Positions 1 to 9,697 of a DNA stretch of 64,000 nt are shown piece by piece. The translations under genes and the position numbers were made by a program. Location of the stretch: contig CBDCZH010000010.1 in assembly GCA_965224485.1 (NCBI GenBank), positions 256,001 through 320,000 on the forward strand. Reading direction: 5' to 3'. Origin of the DNA: Arcobacteraceae bacterium (lineage in GTDB: Bacteria > Campylobacterota > Campylobacteria > Campylobacterales > Arcobacteraceae). The notes under the pieces are model-generated. The model searched no databases. It had not been told where the DNA came from and saw only the letters and a program-made list of their open reading frames with translations. The stretch's first letter is position 1. Each line of letters starts with the position of its first letter.

Positions 1-13
1 TGGATAAAATATA

Positions 14-589
14 ATGAAAGAAAAAATACTTTTACTTGGCGGTGGTGGTCATTGTCATAGTGTTATTGATGTAATTGAGCTAGAAGATAAATATATAATT
101 GCTGGAATTATTGATAAAAAAGAATTAATTGGTACAAAAGTATTGGGATATGAAATAATTGGATGTGATGATAATTTGCAAGAACTATTTAAAATATATA
201 ATAATATTGTAATTACAGTTGGACAAATAAAATCAAATATAACAAGAGTTTCTTTATTTAATAAAGTTAAAAATATTGGATTTAATCTTCCTATTATCAT
301 ATCACCTCTTTCTTATGTATCAAAGCATTCACAAATAGAAGAAGGTACAATAATAATGCATCATTCTTTAGTTAATGCTAATGTAAAAATAGGTAAAAAT
401 TGTATAATAAATACAAAAGCTCTTATTGAACATGATGTTATTATTGAAGATAATTGCCATATCTCAACAGGTGCAATTCTTAATGGAAATGTATTAGTAA
501 AAAAGAATACATTTTTTGGAAGTAATGCTACTTCAAGAGAAACAACAGTAATAGATGGATTTATTAAAGCAGGAGAGTTGATAAAATGA
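14..589 (+). CDS. NeuD/PglD-family sugar O/N-acetyltransferase (hexapeptide repeat)
   Basis: N-terminal LLGGGGHC Rossmann-like motif followed by left-handed beta-helix repeats (IGKNCIINTKALIEHDVIIEDNCHIS). Confidence 0.85.
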   Translation: MKEKILLLGGGGHCHSVIDVIELEDKYIIAGIIDKKELIGTKVLGYEIIGCDDNLQELFKIYNNIVITVGQIKSNITRVSLFNKVKNIGFNLPIIISPLSYVSKHSQIEEGTIIMHHSLVNANVKIGKNCIINTKALIEHDVIIEDNCHISTGAILNGNVLVKKNTFFGSNATSRETTVIDGFIKAGELIK

Positions 590-1284
590 ATAAAAAAATA
601 GCTTTTTTAACAACAATTTTTCCTATGAAAATTGAATATTTATATGATTTTTTTAATTCACTTGAAAAACAAACATATAAGACTTTTGATATAATAGTAA
701 TTAATGATGATTATGATAATTTTGAATTATTAATAGCTAAATTTAATACATTAAATATAATAGAAGTAAAATATTCAAACACAATTGCTAAAAATAGAGA
801 GTATGGTATAAAATATATTATTGAAAATAATTATGATATTCTTATTTTTGGAGATAGTGATGATTATTTTATGGAGAATAGAGTTGAAAAATCTATTGAT
901 TTATTAAGTAAGTATGATATTGTCGTTAATGATTTAACATTATTTGATAAAAAAGATATTATTATAAATAAATATATTTCAAATAGAATACAAAATCATA
1001 CAATGATAACTTATAAATTTATTGAAGATAAAAATATATTTGGATTGTCTAATACAGCTATCAATGTACATATCTTAGATAAAATAGTGTTTAATAAAGA
1101 TTTAGTAGCAGTAGACTGGTTTTTATATAAATATTTATTAAAATTAAAATATAGTGCTATTTTTACAAATGAAACAGAAACTTATTATAGACAATATGAA
1201 AATAATACAATTGGATTAGACACTCAAAATGGAATTTATCCATTATGGTGGGAAGATATTAAAGAGATAAAGGAAAATAACTAA
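586..1284 (+). CDS. GT2-like glycosyltransferase
   Basis: SLEKQT...IIVIND, FGDSDD (DxD) and YYRQY motifs typical of GT-A fold. Confidence 0.65.
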   Translation: MNKKIAFLTTIFPMKIEYLYDFFNSLEKQTYKTFDIIVINDDYDNFELLIAKFNTLNIIEVKYSNTIAKNREYGIKYIIENNYDILIFGDSDDYFMENRVEKSIDLLSKYDIVVNDLTLFDKKDIIINKYISNRIQNHTMITYKFIEDKNIFGLSNTAINVHILDKIVFNKDLVAVDWFLYKYLLKLKYSAIFTNETETYYRQYENNTIGLDTQNGIYPLWWEDIKEIKENN

Positions 1285-1286
1285 TT

Positions 1287-2348
1287 ATGGCAATTAGATT
1301 AACAAAAAAAAAAGAACTTACTAACTTTTGTAAACCCTATATAATAGCAGAACTTGGTGCAAACCATAATGGTGATATGAAGTTAGCAAAAAAATTAATA
1401 TTAGAAGCTAAAAAGTCAGGTGTTGATTGCGTAAAATTTCAGAGTTGGAGTAAAGATTCAATTTTTGCTAAAAAGAAATATGAAGATAATTACTTCATTG
1501 CTGATGATTATAGAAATAGAGATGATTATACACTTGAAGAAATTGTTGATAGTTACTCTATTTCAGAAGATGAATTATTAGAGATGAAAAAGTTTGCAGA
1601 TGAGCTTGGAATAGATTGTACTTCTACCCCATTTAATAAAAAAGAGGCTGACTTTTTAGTATATAAAATGGATACTCCTTTTATAAAAGTTGCTTCAATG
1701 GACTTAAATAATTATCCTTTTTTAGAATATCTTGCTAAAAAAAATAAACCGATGATAATTTCTACAGGATTAAGTGAATTATATGAGATAGATAAAGCAG
1801 TGAAAACAATAGAAGATGCAGGAAATACTCAAATAGTAATTTTACATTGTGTTGCGACATATCCACCAGAAGATAAAGATGTAAATCTTAATAATATTAA
1901 AACATTAATGAGAACATATCCAAACTACCCAATAGGATTTTCTGACCATACTTTAGGTACGGCTATACCTTTGGCTGCAGTGGCCTTAGGTGTCTGTTTA
2001 ATAGAGAAACATTTTACGCTTGATAAAAATATGGAAGGTTGGGATCACAAAGTTTCAGCAACAAAAGATGAGATGAAAGAAATTGTTGAAAACTCAATTA
2101 GAGTTTCTGATGCATTAGGATCTTTTCGAATAACGGCTTCAGAATCAGATGAAAAGAAAAAAGAATTTAGAAGAAGTATAGTTTTAAGGAAAGAATTTAC
2201 AAAAGATGAAATTATAACAATAGAAGATATTGACTACAAAAGACCTGGTGGTGGATTTGATCCAGATATGACTAGTTTTATTGTAGGTAGAAGAGTAAAT
2301 AAAGACTTGAAATTTGATCATATTCTAACACAGGAGGATATCTTTTAA
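1287..2348 (+). CDS. neuB: Nonulosonic acid synthase (NeuB/LegI/PseI family) with C-terminal SAF domain
   Basis: IIAELGANHNGD, VKFQ, KVASMD, GFSDHT, IEKHFTLD, KRPGGG. Confidence 0.92.
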   Translation: MAIRLTKKKELTNFCKPYIIAELGANHNGDMKLAKKLILEAKKSGVDCVKFQSWSKDSIFAKKKYEDNYFIADDYRNRDDYTLEEIVDSYSISEDELLEMKKFADELGIDCTSTPFNKKEADFLVYKMDTPFIKVASMDLNNYPFLEYLAKKNKPMIISTGLSELYEIDKAVKTIEDAGNTQIVILHCVATYPPEDKDVNLNNIKTLMRTYPNYPIGFSDHTLGTAIPLAAVALGVCLIEKHFTLDKNMEGWDHKVSATKDEMKEIVENSIRVSDALGSFRITASESDEKKKEFRRSIVLRKEFTKDEIITIEDIDYKRPGGGFDPDMTSFIVGRRVNKDLKFDHILTQEDIF

Positions 2349-3376
2349 TGAATTTTAAAAAATATTGTTATTGTTTGTCTCAATTAAAAATTTTTGATGA
2401 TGTACTTAATGCCGTTGAAAATGTAGGTGTAGGTTCTATAATAATAGTTAATGATAATTTTAAGTTAATAGGAATTATAACAGATGGAGATATAAGACGT
2501 GCACTTCTAAAAAAAGAGAATAATATTGATAAAATTATCAATAAAAATCCTGAAGTTTGGACAAATTTACAATCTAGACAGTCAGGTATAACTCATTTAA
2601 AGAAAATTCATAGAAATATTTTGCCTATAGTTAATAATGAAAAAATAGTTGTAGATATTTTGTGTTTGGATGAGATTAACTTTGATACTATATCTAATCC
2701 CGTCATTATTATGGCAGGAGGTCTTGGTACTAGACTATACCCTTTAACCAAAGATACTCCAAAGCCTATGCTTCATATAAATGGAAAACCTCTATTAGAA
2801 AGAATCCTTGAAAAATTAATTCTTCAAGGATTTCAGAATTTTTACATCTCTATAAATTATTTAGGAGAACAAATAAAAGAATATTTTGGAGATGGAAATA
2901 AATGGGATATTTCAATTAAATATATTGAAGAAACACAAAGACTAGGTACAGCAGGTGCATTATTTTATTTAAAAGAAAAAATACATGAACCATTTCTTGT
3001 AATGAATGGAGATATAATTACAGATTTAGACTTTAGAAACCTATTAAATAACCATGTGGATGATAAGAGCTTTTCTACAATGTGTGTATATAAACAGTTT
3101 CATCAAATACCATTTGGTGTAGTAGAATTTAACAATGATAAAAAAATTATTAATATGAAAGAAAAACCGAAAAATGAATATTTCATTAATATGGGTATTT
3201 ATGCTATTAGTCCCGAATCTCTAAAATATATTCCGGATAATGAATATTTTGAAATGCCAACATTATTCCAAAATATCCTAGATGATGATAAGTTATCTGA
3301 CGTTTATTTATTTGATGGTTTATGGAATGATATAGGTAGACTTGAAGATTACAAGTCTGCAAATGATATAAATTGA
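2348..3376 (+). CDS. CBS-domain nucleotidyltransferase (PtmE/LegX-like, GDP-linked legionaminic acid route)
   Basis: GIITDGDIRR CBS pair followed by MAGGLGTRLYPLT..PKP and MNGD. Confidence 0.85.
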   Translation: MNFKKYCYCLSQLKIFDDVLNAVENVGVGSIIIVNDNFKLIGIITDGDIRRALLKKENNIDKIINKNPEVWTNLQSRQSGITHLKKIHRNILPIVNNEKIVVDILCLDEINFDTISNPVIIMAGGLGTRLYPLTKDTPKPMLHINGKPLLERILEKLILQGFQNFYISINYLGEQIKEYFGDGNKWDISIKYIEETQRLGTAGALFYLKEKIHEPFLVMNGDIITDLDFRNLLNNHVDDKSFSTMCVYKQFHQIPFGVVEFNNDKKIINMKEKPKNEYFINMGIYAISPESLKYIPDNEYFEMPTLFQNILDDDKLSDVYLFDGLWNDIGRLEDYKSANDIN

Positions 3377-3386
3377 AAGGGGAAAG

Positions 3387-4361
3387 ATGAAAATTTTACA
3401 AATTGGTTTAGGTTCCATGGGAAAGAGAAGAATTAGAAACCTTCAATATTTAGGTTATAAAGATATAGTTGCTTTTGATTTAAGAGATGATAGAAGAAGT
3501 GAGGTAAGTAAGCTGTATGAGATTGAGTGTGTTGCTAGTATTGATGATATAAATTTAGCAAGTTTTACTCACTTTATAGTCTCAACACCTCCTGACAAAC
3601 ACTCCAAGTACGCTCTTTTAGGATTAAAAAATAATATACATGTATTTATTGAAGCTAGTGTATTGGATGATGATTATTCTGAACTAATTGCCTTGTCTGC
3701 TAATAAAAATATTTTAATAGCCCCTTCTTGTACAATGAGGTTTGATCCTTTAAATAAAAAAACAAAAGAAATATTAGATTCAAATATTCTAGGTAAAAAA
3801 ATATTTTCACAGCATCATTTTGGACTTTATTTACCTTATTGGCATCCATATGAATCAATTAAAAGCTTTTATGTGTCTAAAAGAGAAACAGGTGCAGCTA
3901 GGGAAATTGTACCATTTGATTTAGTTTATATTAGTTGGTTGTGTGGTAAACCAAAAGGTTTAGTAAATAGTCTTATAACAAAAACTGGTGTATTAGATAT
4001 TGATATTGATGATATTTACTCCTTGCAATACCAAACAGAAAATAATTGCCATGTTCAATTTACTATAGATGTTATATCTAAAAAAGCTTATAGAACAACT
4101 AAAATAGTATGTGAAAATGGTAGTATTGAGTTGGATACAGTAAAGGGAGAACTATCTGTATTTAATGCAAATGAAAATAAATGGCAATTATTTAATAGAG
4201 CACAATTGTCTACAACTAAGAGTACAGAAGAGATGTATGTTTTAGAAATGGATAAATTTATTAATGCATCATTAGGAAATGATAGTTGGGATTACTCATT
4301 AGAAGAAGATCTCGAAGTACTGAAATGGCTCTATTCTTCAGAGAGAAATAAAGCAAATTAA
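3387..4361 (+). CDS. Gfo/Idh/MocA-family oxidoreductase (PtmF/ElaA-like)
   Basis: IGLGSMGKRR, VSTPPDKH, YLPYWHPYE. Confidence 0.8.
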   Translation: MKILQIGLGSMGKRRIRNLQYLGYKDIVAFDLRDDRRSEVSKLYEIECVASIDDINLASFTHFIVSTPPDKHSKYALLGLKNNIHVFIEASVLDDDYSELIALSANKNILIAPSCTMRFDPLNKKTKEILDSNILGKKIFSQHHFGLYLPYWHPYESIKSFYVSKRETGAAREIVPFDLVYISWLCGKPKGLVNSLITKTGVLDIDIDDIYSLQYQTENNCHVQFTIDVISKKAYRTTKIVCENGSIELDTVKGELSVFNANENKWQLFNRAQLSTTKSTEEMYVLEMDKFINASLGNDSWDYSLEEDLEVLKWLYSSERNKAN

Positions 4362-5099
4362 ATGGATCAATATTTTATTATAATTCAAGCCAGAATGGGA
4401 TCTACTAGAAGACCTGGAAAAATTAATAATTTATTTAATGGTGAGCCTATGTTAGTGTATCAAATAAAACGCTTACAATCTTATGGTTATAAAAATATTA
4501 TAGTAGCTACCACAAATGAACGGAGTGATGATATTACAGAAGAAACTGTTAGATCAACAGGTGCAATATGTTTTAGAGGTTCTGAAAATGATGTATTAAA
4601 TAGATTTAATGAATGTTGTAATAAATACAAAATAGAAAATATAATAAGAGTTGGGGGTGATGATCCTTTAATTGACCCAGAAGGTATTATTCAATTATGT
4701 AATATACATAAAACAACACACAATGATTATGATTTAATTTATACAAGTCATCCTACAGGTTGGATTTATGGAACAGCAGCAGAGCTTTTTACATATAAAT
4801 CAATTTCTATGGCTAATAAGATAGTTAAAACGGAAATTGAAAGAGAGCATATAATCCCTTATTATAAAAATAATTATGATAAATTAAAAATTTTAAAAGT
4901 TGATTCTCTAAATCAATATAATAGAAAAGATATATACGTATCAGTTGATTACCAAGAAGATTTGGATTTGATTGCTCAAATAATAGATTTTTTTACTGAA
5001 GAAGGAACACGATATACATTTACACAAAAAGAATTGATAACTTTGTATGATAGTGGAAAATTAAATATTAATAACAAACAACTACATAGTGGTTTTTAA
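4362..5099 (+). CDS. SpsF-like cytidylyltransferase (CMP-nonulosonate synthetase family)
   Basis: IIQARMGSTRRPGK, FRGSENDVLNRF, DDPLIDP, REHI, SVDYQEDL. Confidence 0.85.
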   Translation: MDQYFIIIQARMGSTRRPGKINNLFNGEPMLVYQIKRLQSYGYKNIIVATTNERSDDITEETVRSTGAICFRGSENDVLNRFNECCNKYKIENIIRVGGDDPLIDPEGIIQLCNIHKTTHNDYDLIYTSHPTGWIYGTAAELFTYKSISMANKIVKTEIEREHIIPYYKNNYDKLKILKVDSLNQYNRKDIYVSVDYQEDLDLIAQIIDFFTEEGTRYTFTQKELITLYDSGKLNINNKQLHSGF

Positions 5100-5111
5100 A
5101 AGGAAAAATAA

Positions 5112-6491
5112 ATGAATTATAAAAAATCTTTTGATATTAATGAAAAGTTACATAGCTTAATCCCTGGCGGTAGCCATACTTATAGTAAAGGAGAAGACCA
5201 ATTTCCATATAATTCTCCACGAGTAATGTCTCATGCAAAGGGTGCTTATACTTGGGATATAGATGGTAATAAGTTTATTGACTGGGCTATGGGCAATAGA
5301 GTCTTTATATTAGGACATACTTTTGAGGAAGTAGACAATGCAGTAATTAAATCAATACAGAAGGGCACAAACTATACAAGACCTGGTATTTTGGAATACG
5401 AAGTTGCAGATTATTTAATTAATGATCATTTTGAAAATAAATTTGATATGATTAAGTTTGGAAAGAATGGTTCAGATGTTACCACTGCGGCTATTAAACT
5501 AGCTAGAGCCTATACTGGACGAAAATATATTTTAGTTTGTGCTTCTCATCCATTTTTTTCTATTCATGATTGGTTTATAGGTTCAACAGATATGAATAGT
5601 GGAACAATTGATACTGAAAGAGAATATACATTAAAATTTATTTATAATGATAGAGAAAGTATAGAAAAGATTTTTGATGAATATAAGGACCAAATAGCAG
5701 GTGTGATTTTAGAACCGGTAAAAAATGATTCTCCTTATTTAGATGCTTCCAAAGATGATTATCATTTAGAAACTTTGATACAAAAGAATAATTCGTCGGA
5801 TAATAACTTTTTAGAATACTTAAGAGAAAAAACTAATAAAGAAGGCAGTGTTCTTATTTTTGATGAGATGATTTCTGGAATGAGATTTGATACAAAAGGA
5901 GCTCACTCTTTATATAATGTATATCCAGATTTATCTACATTTGGTAAATCTGTATCTAATGGTTACTCTTGTTCTTTTTTGGTTGGTAAAAAAGAGATTA
6001 TGGAGTTAGGTGGGTTGAAACATAATAAAGAAAGAGTATTTTTGCTATCTCAAACCCATGGTTCTGAAACAGTTGGCCTTTCTGCAACTCTTGCAACTTT
6101 AAAAGCTTGCAAAAAATATGATGTATCAAATCATGTTTGGAAAATAGGAAAAAAATTAAAAGAAGATTTTACTCAATTAGTTAATAAAAAAAATGTTTCT
6201 GAGTATTTTAGAATTATAGGATTTGATGCAAATCCACAAATCTTATGTACATATGAAGATGGTACTTTTTGGCCAGAGTTACATACTTTTTTTCATGATA
6301 TAGTTATAAATGAAGGAGTATTTATCCCTTGGATAACAATTACTTACAGCCATAAAGAAGAGCATATTAAGATAACGATAGATGCAATAGAAAAAGCAAT
6401 AAAAAAATTGAAACCAATTATAAATAGCAATGAAATTGAAAAACTACTAATAGGCGAAGCTGTAAAACCCGTATTTAGAAAATATAATTAA
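5112..6491 (+). CDS. Class III PLP aminotransferase (glutamate-1-semialdehyde aminomutase-like, glycan-locus type)
   Basis: LIPGGSHTYSKG, FGKNGSDVT, LIFDEMISG, TFGKSVSNG. Confidence 0.85.
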   Translation: MNYKKSFDINEKLHSLIPGGSHTYSKGEDQFPYNSPRVMSHAKGAYTWDIDGNKFIDWAMGNRVFILGHTFEEVDNAVIKSIQKGTNYTRPGILEYEVADYLINDHFENKFDMIKFGKNGSDVTTAAIKLARAYTGRKYILVCASHPFFSIHDWFIGSTDMNSGTIDTEREYTLKFIYNDRESIEKIFDEYKDQIAGVILEPVKNDSPYLDASKDDYHLETLIQKNNSSDNNFLEYLREKTNKEGSVLIFDEMISGMRFDTKGAHSLYNVYPDLSTFGKSVSNGYSCSFLVGKKEIMELGGLKHNKERVFLLSQTHGSETVGLSATLATLKACKKYDVSNHVWKIGKKLKEDFTQLVNKKNVSEYFRIIGFDANPQILCTYEDGTFWPELHTFFHDIVINEGVFIPWITITYSHKEEHIKITIDAIEKAIKKLKPIINSNEIEKLLIGEAVKPVFRKYN

Positions 6492-7273
6492 TGATTATTG
6501 CTACAGTTTCTTTAAATCAAATTTGGGAAGATAAAGAGAAAAACTTAATTCAATGTGAAAAAAATATAAAAATTTCTTCACAAAAAAAAATTGATTTGAT
6601 TATTTTTCCAGAGATGACACTTACTGGATTTTCTAATAATATTAAGAAAAATTTAGAAAATGAGAATGAGAGTAAAACTATAATATCTTTTTCTAATTTA
6701 GCTAAAAAATACTCAATAGCTATTTTTTTTGGAGTGGTTATAAAAGACGAAAATAAAGCATTAAATAAACTAATTTTTATAGATAAAAGTGGACAAGTAT
6801 TGAAAGATTACTCTAAAATTCATCCATTTAGTTTTACTGATGAAGATAAATACTTTAATGCAGGAAATGAATTGATAATTGCAAAATTTGAAGATTTAAA
6901 TATAGGTCTAACAATTTGTTATGATTTAAGATTCCCTGAACTTTATAGCTCTTTGGCTAAAAATTGTGATTTAATTGTAAATATTGCAAATTGGCCATTG
7001 AAAAGAGTAGATCATTGGAATACCTTATTAAAAGCAAGAGCTATTGAAAATCAAATCTTTGTTGCTGGTGTAAATAGAATTGGCATTGATGGTAATGGTT
7101 TAAAATATTCTGAGAGTAGCAATATATTTAATGCAAATGGTGAAGAATTACAATATACAAAAATAGATGATATGAAAATTTATGATGTAGACAAAAACTG
7201 GACAAAAGAATTTAAAACAAACTTTAACACAACAAATGACAGAAAAATAGGTTTATATAGGGAAATATTATAA
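6491..7273 (+). CDS. Carbon-nitrogen hydrolase (omega-amidase/nitrilase family)
   Basis: Glu-Lys-Cys triad motifs IFPEM, YSKIHPF, ICYDLRFPE, and ARAIENQ. Confidence 0.88.
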   Translation: MIIATVSLNQIWEDKEKNLIQCEKNIKISSQKKIDLIIFPEMTLTGFSNNIKKNLENENESKTIISFSNLAKKYSIAIFFGVVIKDENKALNKLIFIDKSGQVLKDYSKIHPFSFTDEDKYFNAGNELIIAKFEDLNIGLTICYDLRFPELYSSLAKNCDLIVNIANWPLKRVDHWNTLLKARAIENQIFVAGVNRIGIDGNGLKYSESSNIFNANGEELQYTKIDDMKIYDVDKNWTKEFKTNFNTTNDRKIGLYREIL

Positions 7274-8043
7274 TGCTTAAAAATAAAATAGTTGTAGTTA
7301 CAGGTGGTGCTGGATTAATTGGACAAAAATTTGTAGAAGCTATTATCGAAAATGATGGGACTGCTATTATAGCTGATATAAATAAAGAGCTTGGATTAAA
7401 AGCAAAAAATGATTTATCGAAAAAATGTAATACAGTAAATATTGAATTTGTAGAACTGAATATAACATCTGTTGAATCTCTTGTTCAATGTATCACTTTT
7501 CTTAATAAAAAATATGGCAAAATAGATGCACTTGTTAATAATGCATATCCGAGAAATAAGAAATATGGAAGAAGTTTTTTTGATGTAGAATATGAAGACT
7601 TTGTAGAAAATACTGGACTTAATTTAGGAGGATATTTTACAACTTCACAACAGTTTGCTAAATATTTTAAAAAACAAGGTTATGGAAATATTATAAATAT
7701 TAGTTCAATATACGGAGTGATTGCTCCAAAATTTGAAATATATAATGGAACAGAAATGAGTATGCCTGTTGAATACGCAGCGATAAAATCAGGGCTTATT
7801 CATCTGACAAAATATATGGCAAAGTACTTTAAAGGGATGAACATTAAGGTAAATACTTTAAGTCCTGGAGGAATACTAAATAACCAACCTCAATCTTTTT
7901 TAGATAGGTATAAAGAATATTCTTTAAATAAGGGTATGTTAGATGCTAAGGATTTAGAAGGAACGTTAGTATATTTATTAAGTGATATGAGTAAATATGT
8001 TAATGGACAAAATATTATAATCGATGACGGATGGAGTTTATGA
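7273..8043 (+). CDS. SDR oxidoreductase, PtmA (flagellin modification protein A)-like
   Basis: VTGGAGLIG, VNNAYPR, YAAIK, SPGGI. Confidence 0.85.
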   Translation: MLKNKIVVVTGGAGLIGQKFVEAIIENDGTAIIADINKELGLKAKNDLSKKCNTVNIEFVELNITSVESLVQCITFLNKKYGKIDALVNNAYPRNKKYGRSFFDVEYEDFVENTGLNLGGYFTTSQQFAKYFKKQGYGNIINISSIYGVIAPKFEIYNGTEMSMPVEYAAIKSGLIHLTKYMAKYFKGMNIKVNTLSPGGILNNQPQSFLDRYKEYSLNKGMLDAKDLEGTLVYLLSDMSKYVNGQNIIIDDGWSL

Positions 8044-8609
8044 TATTAAAAAGTATATTATCTCCAAATATCAAATTAGTTAGTTTTGATGAAGAATTTG
8101 GCAATATTTTTTTACAAAAAAAATATTTGAAATGGTTAAATGATAGTGAAATAGTTAGATCAATTGGCTCACCGGAACTTTTAAAACATAAAAATATTTC
8201 ATTCATACATGAATCATTTAAAAGATTTACAAGAAAACATTCAATGGGCTTTTTTATACAATATAATGGGAATAAAGAGTTTATAGGCACATGTAAACTT
8301 GATCAAATTGATATGGTCAATAAATTTGCATGGGATGGAATTATGATAGGAGAAAAAAGTTATCATGGAAAAAAAATATCCCTAGAAGTTTATAAAATTT
8401 TACTAGAATATGCTTTTAATAATTTGAAATTAGAAGTTATTTATGGAGGATGTAGTAGTTTTAATATACCTATGACCAAAACATTTAAAAAAATAGGTTA
8501 TGAACATACCAAAACAGAAAAGGAAGTTGATTATATTAATGAGAAATTTTATGACCACTATTACTTTAAAATTACAAAAGAACAATTTTTAAAATTTTAT
8601 AAAAAATAA
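8040..8609 (+). CDS. GNAT/RimJ-like N-acyltransferase
   Basis: YLKWLND, GIMIGEKSYHGK, YAFNNLKL; ATG at 8040 overlaps the upstream stop. Confidence 0.75.
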   Translation: MILKSILSPNIKLVSFDEEFGNIFLQKKYLKWLNDSEIVRSIGSPELLKHKNISFIHESFKRFTRKHSMGFFIQYNGNKEFIGTCKLDQIDMVNKFAWDGIMIGEKSYHGKKISLEVYKILLEYAFNNLKLEVIYGGCSSFNIPMTKTFKKIGYEHTKTEKEVDYINEKFYDHYYFKITKEQFLKFYKK

Positions 8610-8824
8610 TTTTTATATTTATTATCTAATATATTAGTAATAGTGATATTAAAATATCTCTTCTCTCTTATCTTTACAAATATAGCTTACAATACATATC
8701 CTGACTATATTTTTATTACAAGTGTAGCGATTTTACTTGAAATTATTACTAACATGAGTTCTAGAATCACTATTTATTAATTGAATTTTCGGTATACTAT
8801 TAACTAACAAAAAAGGAGTTTAAT

Positions 8825-9697
8825 TTGATAAAAGGGATCATTCTCGCAGGTGGAAGTGGAACACGACTATATCCTATAACCAAAAGTATAAGTAAGCAAT
8901 TACTTCCTATATATGACAAACCTATGATATATTATCCACTATCAGTTCTTATGCTTGCAAACATACAAGAGATACTCATTATATCAACTCCACGAGATTT
9001 ACCAAAATTTCAAGAGCTTTTAGGTGATGGAAGTGACTGGGGTATAAATTTACAGTATAAAGTCCAACCAAGCCCAGATGGCTTAGCACAAGCATTTATT
9101 TTAGGCGAAGAGTTTATAGGTGAGGATAGTGTTTGTTTAATTTTAGGTGATAATATTTTTTATGGAAGTGGTTTAAGTACTATGGTACGAGAAGCTGCAT
9201 CTTTAACAGATGGTGCTATTATTTTTGGTTATCAAGTAAAAGATCCCGAGAGGTTTGGAGTAGTAGAATTTGATGAAAATAAAAACGCTATAAGTATAGA
9301 AGAAAAGCCACTAAAACCAAAATCAAATTTTGCTGTTACTGGACTTTATTTTTATGATAATAATGTGGTGTCAATTGCGAAGGATGTTATTCCTTCTCAT
9401 CGTGGGGAACTTGAGATTACTTCTATAAATGAAGAATATTTAAAAAGAAATAAACTAAACGTAGAAGTTTTAGGACGAGGGTTTGCTTGGCTTGATACAG
9501 GAACTCATGACAGCTTAATTGAAGCAGGACAATTTGTACAGATAATAGAATATAGACAAGGGTATAAAATAGCGTGTTTGGAAGAGATTGGATATAACAA
9601 TGGATGGATTGATAATAGACAAGTTTTAAAGATAGCAAAACCATTACGTAAAAATGGATATGGTCAGTATTTAATTGATTTGATAAAAGAGAAATAA
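8825..9697 (+). CDS. rmlA: Glucose-1-phosphate thymidylyltransferase
   Basis: [44 protein letters not shown] before TTG. Confidence 0.95.
   Translation: MIKGIILAGGSGTRLYPITKSISKQLLPIYDKPMIYYPLSVLMLANIQEILIISTPRDLPKFQELLGDGSDWGINLQYKVQPSPDGLAQAFILGEEFIGEDSVCLILGDNIFYGSGLSTMVREAASLTDGAIIFGYQVKDPERFGVVEFDENKNAISIEEKPLKPKSNFAVTGLYFYDNNVVSIAKDVIPSHRGELEITSINEEYLKRNKLNVEVLGRGFAWLDTGTHDSLIEAGQFVQIIEYRQGYKIACLEEIGYNNGWIDNRQVLKIAKPLRKNGYGQYLIDLIKEK

Noticed and set aside
5112..6491. Housekeeping hemL
   Set aside because: Has SHTYSKG instead of the VNSPVRAF-type HemL signature and sits in a sugar operon
8610..8824. ncRNA or JUMPstart/ops element in the gap before rmlA
   Set aside because: No convincing structure or GGCGGTAG motif; only a possible TATACT -10 box
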